A DNA stretch of 32,000 bases, taken from the NCBI GenBank assembly GCA_051971635.1, contig JBFPLN010000003.1, positions 245,210-277,209 on the forward strand. The letters run 5' to 3'. Below are positions 27,268-32,000 of this stretch, piece after piece. This DNA is from Candidatus Atelocyanobacterium thalassae (GTDB lineage Bacteria > Cyanobacteriota > Cyanobacteriia > Cyanobacteriales > Microcystaceae). Made by a program: the position numbers and the translations under genes. The notes below the pieces were generated by a model, which saw nothing but the letters and a program-made list of their open reading frames with translations, was not told the DNA's origin and made no database searches. The number at the start of each line of letters is the position of its first letter. Positions within the stretch are counted from its first letter, which is position 1.

Positions 27268-28128
27268 ATGGCTATGGTAGACAAAAAAAAATTAAACTCA
27301 GGAACTTTATATGTAGTGGGAACACCTATCGGTAACCTAGAAGATATAACACTACGAGCAATTAGGATTCTAAAATCAGTTGATTTAATTGCAGCAGAAG
27401 ACACTCGTCATACTGCTAAACTGCTAAATTACTTCCAAATAGCTACTTCTAAAATTAGTTATCACCAACATAATTATGCAATTCGTCAAGATGAGTTAGT
27501 AGATAAATTAAAACTAGGAAATACAATTGCTTTAGTAAGTGATGCTGGAATGCCAGGTATTTCAGATCCTGGCTATGATTTAATCTGTTCATGTATTGTT
27601 GAAAATATTCTTGTAATTCCAGTTCCAGGTCCTACAGCAGTTATTACAGCTCTTACAACGTCGGGGCTACCAAGTAATCGTTTTGTTTTTGAAGGGTTTT
27701 TACCTATCAAAGCTCATATAAGAGAAGAACGTCTCAATTCTTTAAGGGAAGAAACTCGTACAATTGTTATTTATGAGTCTCCTCATCGCTTATTAAAAAC
27801 TTTAATTGATTTTGTAGAGATATTTGGTAGCAATCATAGGATCACCATAGGAAGAGAACTAACTAAATATTATGAAGAGTTTTGGAGGGGTAATCTAAAA
27901 GATGCCGTACTACATTATAAAGAAACTAAAAATATAAAAGGAGAATTTACACTAGTTTTATCTGGTTGCTCTCAGAATAACTTGTTAGATTTAAACATTG
28001 AACAGGTAAAAGTTGAGTTACAAAAATTACTAGAGAAAGGAATGACAAGATCTCAAGCTAGTAAGTATTTAGCCACGACAGTAAATTTTTCTCGTCGTCA
28101 AATCTATGAAATATCTTTAAATAGTTAA
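27268..28128 (+). CDS. rsmI: 16S rRNA (cytidine1402-2'-O)-methyltransferase
   Basis: 286 aa. It has the tetrapyrrole-methylase-fold RsmI signature (GTLYVVGTPIGNLEDITLRA, AEDTRHT, SDAGMPGISDPG, YESPHRL). Confidence 0.93.
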   Translation: MAMVDKKKLNSGTLYVVGTPIGNLEDITLRAIRILKSVDLIAAEDTRHTAKLLNYFQIATSKISYHQHNYAIRQDELVDKLKLGNTIALVSDAGMPGISDPGYDLICSCIVENILVIPVPGPTAVITALTTSGLPSNRFVFEGFLPIKAHIREERLNSLREETRTIVIYESPHRLLKTLIDFVEIFGSNHRITIGRELTKYYEEFWRGNLKDAVLHYKETKNIKGEFTLVLSGCSQNNLLDLNIEQVKVELQKLLEKGMTRSQASKYLATTVNFSRRQIYEISLNS

Positions 28129-28230
28129 TATATATCAACATCTTTATTGTGACAATATTGATAAAAACTAGTTAGCAATAGGCTTTATAAAATAAGATTC
28201 TAGCTATGTATAACTTATGATATTTTATGT

Positions 28231-29271
28231 ATGGTTTTTCTTCGAAAACTAAAAAAAAAGACTATGATTTATATGTCTGAGCAACTTAAAAAGAAAGTCT
28301 CTTCTCCACTAACGATAGGATCGTTGATTCTTAATAGCAGAGTTTTACAGTCACCTTTAGCTGGAGTAACAGATTTAGCATTTCGTAAGTTAGTTCGACG
28401 CTATTCTCCTAATTCCATGATTTATACAGAAATGTTTAATGCAACGGAATTATGTCATTTGAGAGAAACGCAACAATTTATTGATGTCGATATTGAACAG
28501 AAACCAATTGGAATCCAAATATTTGATTCTCGTTACTATTTTATGGTGGAAGCAGCTCAAAAAATAGAAAATCAAGGCGCACAGACAATTGATATAAATA
28601 TGGGTTGTCCAGTTAATAAGATTACAAAAAAAGGGGGAGGATCTTCATTATTGAAGCAACCTAAAGCAGCTCAAAAAATTATTTCTGAGATTGTGAAAGT
28701 TGTAAAAATACCTGTTACTGTGAAGACAAGAATTGGCTGGAACGATAGTGAAATTAACATATTAGATTTTGCGAGAATGATGGAAGATGCTGGAGCTTCT
28801 ATGTTAACTATTCACGCAAGAACTAGAAGTCAAGGATATAGTGGAACTCCCTATTGGCAATGGATTAAAAAAATTAAAGACAATTTATTAATTCCGATTA
28901 TAGCGAACGGAAATATCTTTTCTATTGAAGATGCAGTTAAATGCCTAGAAATGACAAATGCAGATGGAGTGATGTGCTCTAGAGGAACTTTGGGGTATCC
29001 ATTTTTAGTAGGAGAGATTGATCATTTCTTTCAAACAGGTCATCGTTTACCTATAATTACTCCTCGTCAAAGATTAAAATGTGCTAAGGATCATTTAAAA
29101 GAGCTTTGGCAAGATAAAGGTAATCAAGGAATTTATCAAGGAAGAAAGCATCTTCGTTGGTATTGTCAAGGATTTCCTGGCGCATCAGAGTTAAGAAAAA
29201 AAATTGTACAAATTCAAGATATGGAAGAAGGAAGTAATCTTTTAGATAAAAGTATTGAATTGTGTGTATAA
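28231..29271 (+). CDS. dusB: tRNA dihydrouridine synthase (DusB-like)
   Basis: It is a Dus TIM-barrel protein (QSPLAGVTDLAFR, the catalytic Cys in NMGCPVNKI, TVKTRIGW, LTIHARTR). The start is uncertain: ATG at 28231, 28264 or 28273. Confidence 0.9.
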   Translation: MVFLRKLKKKTMIYMSEQLKKKVSSPLTIGSLILNSRVLQSPLAGVTDLAFRKLVRRYSPNSMIYTEMFNATELCHLRETQQFIDVDIEQKPIGIQIFDSRYYFMVEAAQKIENQGAQTIDINMGCPVNKITKKGGGSSLLKQPKAAQKIISEIVKVVKIPVTVKTRIGWNDSEINILDFARMMEDAGASMLTIHARTRSQGYSGTPYWQWIKKIKDNLLIPIIANGNIFSIEDAVKCLEMTNADGVMCSRGTLGYPFLVGEIDHFFQTGHRLPIITPRQRLKCAKDHLKELWQDKGNQGIYQGRKHLRWYCQGFPGASELRKKIVQIQDMEEGSNLLDKSIELCV

Positions 29272-29496
29272 AAAATTCTCTCTGAAATCTCATTAAATTT
29301 TAAAATGAGAAAAGTACAGAATTACCTGAATTATAAAAAAGTTCTGAAATCACTTGTAGCGTAAGCATTATTTAATACTATTAGTTGTATAAAACCTTTA
29401 CAAAATTTGTTATGTATAAAAATAAATCAAATGTTTTATGTTATCTGATGCTCTGAAAAAATTTTCGATATATTTTAATATTGCACAATACTACTA

Positions 29497-29533
29497 GAAA
29501 TCATATTGATTTTTAGTAGTATTAATTCCTAAA
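29497..29533 (+). promoter_or_regulatory. 16 bp hairpin in the guaA upstream spacer
   Basis: The arms are aatactacta-g-aaatc [atatt] gattt-t-tagtagtatt: 15 Watson-Crick pairs plus one G-U that is valid in plus-strand RNA. It lies 213 nt upstream of the guaA GTG. Two weaker AT-rich hairpins follow at about 29538-29571 and 29574-29599. Confidence 0.3.
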
Positions 29534-29745
29534 ATAATTTATTATTATCTTTCTCAAAGATAAATAATAACAAATTAACTTTTTAATAAAAGTTAATTTT
29601 CATTTAATTTAAGTAGATAATTCAAAAAAATGTTATATTAATTTGAGTATTTCTTTTAAAAATTCCAAATTTCTATTTATATATAAATATATTAAGAATA
29701 GAACTTATTACTTATTAACTATTTATTTGTCCGGACCCTCCAAAC

Positions 29746-31380
29746 GTGACTACTCAAAATCCTTTTATTACCAACAACTCAGAAACTCTTCCAGTAAACG
29801 TTTCGGGTGATACCTTTAATCTTAATCATCAAATGATAGTTATTCTTGATTTTGGTTCTCAATATTCAGAATTAATCGCACGTCGAATTCGAGAGACGCA
29901 CGTTTATTCTGAAGTTATATCCTACCAAACTGATATAAAAAAAATATATGAACTTAATCCAAAAGGGATTATTCTTTCAGGGGGGCCTAATTCAGTTTAT
30001 AGTGACTTTTCCCCACAGTGTGATGTAAAAATATGGGACCTAGGTATTCCTATCCTAGGTATTTGCTATGGAATGCAGCTGATGGTGCAGCAGCTTGGAG
30101 GGCGAGTTGAAAAAGCAGAGTATGGAGAATACGGTAAAGCACTCTTAAAAATAGATGATCCGACAGATCTATTTACTAACTTAGAGGACGGCTCCACTAT
30201 GTGGATGAGTCATGGAGATTCGTCTACAAAGCTACCTGAAGGATTCTCTGTTTTAGCTCATACAGATAATACACCATGTGCTGCTATCGCTAATCATGAT
30301 AAAAAGCTCTTTGGCGTACAATTCCATCCAGAAGTTGTTCATTCTGTGGGAGGAATTGCTATTATACGAAATTTTGTTTATCACATTTGTGGATGTGAGC
30401 CTACATGGACAACAAAAGCATTTGTTGATGAAACTATTAATGAAATTCGCAAAAAAGTTAAAGAGAAAAAAGTGTTATTGGCTTTATCTGGAGGAGTAGA
30501 TTCTTCAACATTAGCTTTTTTATTGCATCAAGCTATTGGTGATAATTTAACCTGCATGTTTATTGACCAAGGTTTTATGCGAAAAGGAGAACCAGAACGT
30601 CTTGTAGATATATTTAGTAAACAATTTCATATTCCAGTTGAGTATGTTAATGCAAGAGAACGCTTCATCAAAAAGTTAGAAGGAATCGTTGATCCCGAAA
30701 AAAAGCGCCATCTTATTGGACACGAATTTATACAGGTATTTGAAGAAGAATCCCAGCGCCTTGGCCCTTTTGACTATTTAGCCCAAGGTACACTTTATCC
30801 TGACGTAATAGAATCTGCAGATATCAATGTTGCTCCTAATGCAGGTGAAAGAGTCGCTGTTAAAATTAAGAGTCATCACAATGTTGGAGGCTTACCTAAA
30901 AACTTAAGATTTAAACTCGTAGAACCTTTACGTAAATTGTTTAAAGATGAGGTTCGAAAAGTTGGCCAATCTATTGGTCTACCAGAAGAGATAGTGCGTC
31001 GTCATCCTTTCCCTGGGCCAGGACTAGCTATTCGTATAATTGGAGAAGTTACTGCAGAACGTTTAAACATACTAAGAGATGCGGATTATATCGTAAGAGA
31101 TGAAATCAGCAAGCAAGGTGTATATCATGACCTCTGGCAAGCATTTGCTGTATTACTACCTATTCGTAGTGTTGGTGTTATGGGAGATAAACGTACATAT
31201 TCCCATCCTATAGTATTGCGTCTTATTACCAGTGAGGATGGTATGACTGCCGATTGGGCAAAGGTTCCTTATGAGCTCTTGGAAACTATTTCTAATCGTA
31301 TTGTCAATGAAGTAGGGGAAGTGAATCGCGTAGTCTATGATATAACTTCCAAGCCTCCAGGAACTATTGAGTGGGAATAA
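29746..31380 (+). CDS. guaA: GMP synthase (glutamine-hydrolysing)
   Basis: 544 aa with a GTG start. It has the GATase catalytic Cys in GICYGMQ, the ATP-PPase PP-loop SGGVDSS, and a conserved C-terminal dimerisation domain ending PPGTIEWE. Confidence 0.97.
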   Translation: MTTQNPFITNNSETLPVNVSGDTFNLNHQMIVILDFGSQYSELIARRIRETHVYSEVISYQTDIKKIYELNPKGIILSGGPNSVYSDFSPQCDVKIWDLGIPILGICYGMQLMVQQLGGRVEKAEYGEYGKALLKIDDPTDLFTNLEDGSTMWMSHGDSSTKLPEGFSVLAHTDNTPCAAIANHDKKLFGVQFHPEVVHSVGGIAIIRNFVYHICGCEPTWTTKAFVDETINEIRKKVKEKKVLLALSGGVDSSTLAFLLHQAIGDNLTCMFIDQGFMRKGEPERLVDIFSKQFHIPVEYVNARERFIKKLEGIVDPEKKRHLIGHEFIQVFEEESQRLGPFDYLAQGTLYPDVIESADINVAPNAGERVAVKIKSHHNVGGLPKNLRFKLVEPLRKLFKDEVRKVGQSIGLPEEIVRRHPFPGPGLAIRIIGEVTAERLNILRDADYIVRDEISKQGVYHDLWQAFAVLLPIRSVGVMGDKRTYSHPIVLRLITSEDGMTADWAKVPYELLETISNRIVNEVGEVNRVVYDITSKPPGTIEWE

Positions 31381-31382
31381 TT

Positions 31383-31430
31383 AAAAAAAATCGAGCTATG
31401 ACATTAAAACATCATAGCTCGATTTTTTTT
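31383..31430. terminator. bidirectional intrinsic terminator between guaA and vipp1
   Basis: An 11 bp core stem tcgagctatga / tcatagctcga with a 10 nt loop is flanked by A8 on the left and T8 on the right. Either strand therefore reads stem plus U-tract. It starts 3 nt after the guaA stop. Confidence 0.8.
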
Positions 31431-31462
31431 AATTACTGAAAATAAGTTTAAAAATATGGGCT

Positions 31463-31494
31463 CTCAGAATTGTTTCACATGAAACAATTCTGAG
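31463..31494. terminator. second perfect hairpin in the guaA / vipp1 convergent spacer
   Basis: Perfect 14 bp stem ctcagaattgtttc [acat] gaaacaattctgag. It lies about 85 nt beyond the vipp1 stop on the minus strand. No clear U-tract is present. Confidence 0.5.
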
Positions 31495-31579
31495 GTCATT
31501 ATTCCTATATATGTCTTTAAATCTTTTTGCTTTTAGTCTCCGATTAGTTGATTATTTTAAGTAATTCTGGCATTAATAG

Positions 31580-32000
31580 CTACATATTATTTAATTCTCG
31601 TCTAAGTTTTTCTAATTCTTCATCATCAGCAATTTGATCTTTCGAGGAGGAATCATTATCTTCGATTGATTCGGGTAAGATACCTTTGGAAGAACTAGAA
31701 CCAGATATTTGAGATTTTAACATTGCCAATTCTTCATCTACTTCACTACTAGCTTCTAATTGAGCGAATTGTCCTTCAACTCCAGATGCTGCTAGTTCTC
31801 CTATAGATTGGGATTGAGCTTCCATGTCCAAGACTTTACTTTCCATACGTTCAAAAGCAGACATAGAAGTGCTTGTATCTAATCCGCTCATAGTCTTTTG
31901 TAAAGATTGAGTAGCTTTTGCTGCTTTTGAACGAGCAATAAGAATATTCTTTTTAGTTTTAGCTTCTCCAATTTTACTTTCTAGAGTCGCTAAATTTTGA
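31580..32000 (-). CDS. vipp1: Vipp1 / IM30 (PspA family), 3' portion; the gene continues beyond the window edge
   Basis: The reading frame stays open upstream of the listed Met all the way to position 32000 (my translation: ...QNLATLESKIGEAKTKKNILIARSKAAKATQSLQKT-MSGLDTS...). This is the PspA coiled-coil core. The acidic linker plus terminal amphipathic helix (DDEELEKLRRELNNM) is the C-terminal extension that distinguishes Vipp1 from PspA. Confidence 0.9.
   Translation of the reverse strand, partial: QNLATLESKIGEAKTKKNILIARSKAAKATQSLQKTMSGLDTSTSMSAFERMESKVLDMEAQSQSIGELAASGVEGQFAQLEASSEVDEELAMLKSQISGSSSSKGILPESIEDNDSSSKDQIADDEELEKLRRELNNM

Noticed and set aside
29084-29293. 69-aa minus-strand ORF antisense to the dusB 3' end.
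   Set aside because: It is a shadow ORF.
29272-29745. Looked for a purine/guanine riboswitch ahead of guaA.
   Set aside because: The conserved three-way-junction core sequences of the purine aptamer are not present. I see only generic AT-rich hairpins, which are reported separately as a low-interest finding.
30278-30499. 73-aa plus-strand ORF in an alternative frame inside guaA.
   Set aside because: It is off-frame within a highly conserved CDS.

Overview
This window looks like a contiguous piece of chromosome from a very AT-rich cyanobacterium with a streamlined genome. G+C is roughly 30% by eye and was not computed. The lineage markers are psaD, vipp1, an S41 Ctp protease, a DUF3747/SLH envelope protein, and a stand-alone atpD-atpC (beta-epsilon) operon. 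The composition, the housekeeping-only gene set and the many empty 300-600 bp spacers resemble UCYN-A / Candidatus Atelocyanobacterium-type symbionts. That attribution is inference, not a search result.

I support 26 protein-coding genes, about 77% coding by my own tally. They are psaD, rplY, a Cas4/RecB-like nuclease, a DUF3747-SLH protein, atpC, atpD, tadA, polA, a cupin/CDO-like protein, a small membrane protein, ribE, an orphan C5 DNA methyltransferase, a Ctp protease, glyQ, a GIY-YIG protein, ffh, an alpha/beta hydrolase, yidD, pgsA, a GT2-TPR glycosyltransferase, tldD, an FAD oxidoreductase of unknown role, rsmI, dusB, guaA, and a partial vipp1 that runs off the right edge. I saw no rRNA, tRNA, CRISPR array, transposase, integrase or phage gene.

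I do not find a convincing multi-gene novel system. Four things are most worth a second look:
- Three unlinked, partner-less nucleic-acid enzymes: the orphan Dcm-type methyltransferase, a stand-alone four-Cys Cas4-like nuclease, and a GIY-YIG plus coiled-coil protein.
- A structured intergenic element at about 4716-4796 that carries a 10/11 match to the cyanobacterial Yfr1 sRNA core motif.
- Unusually long perfect hairpins (up to 28 bp) at every clearly convergent gene junction.
- Several strand-specific RNA structures in leaders and intercistronic spacers.
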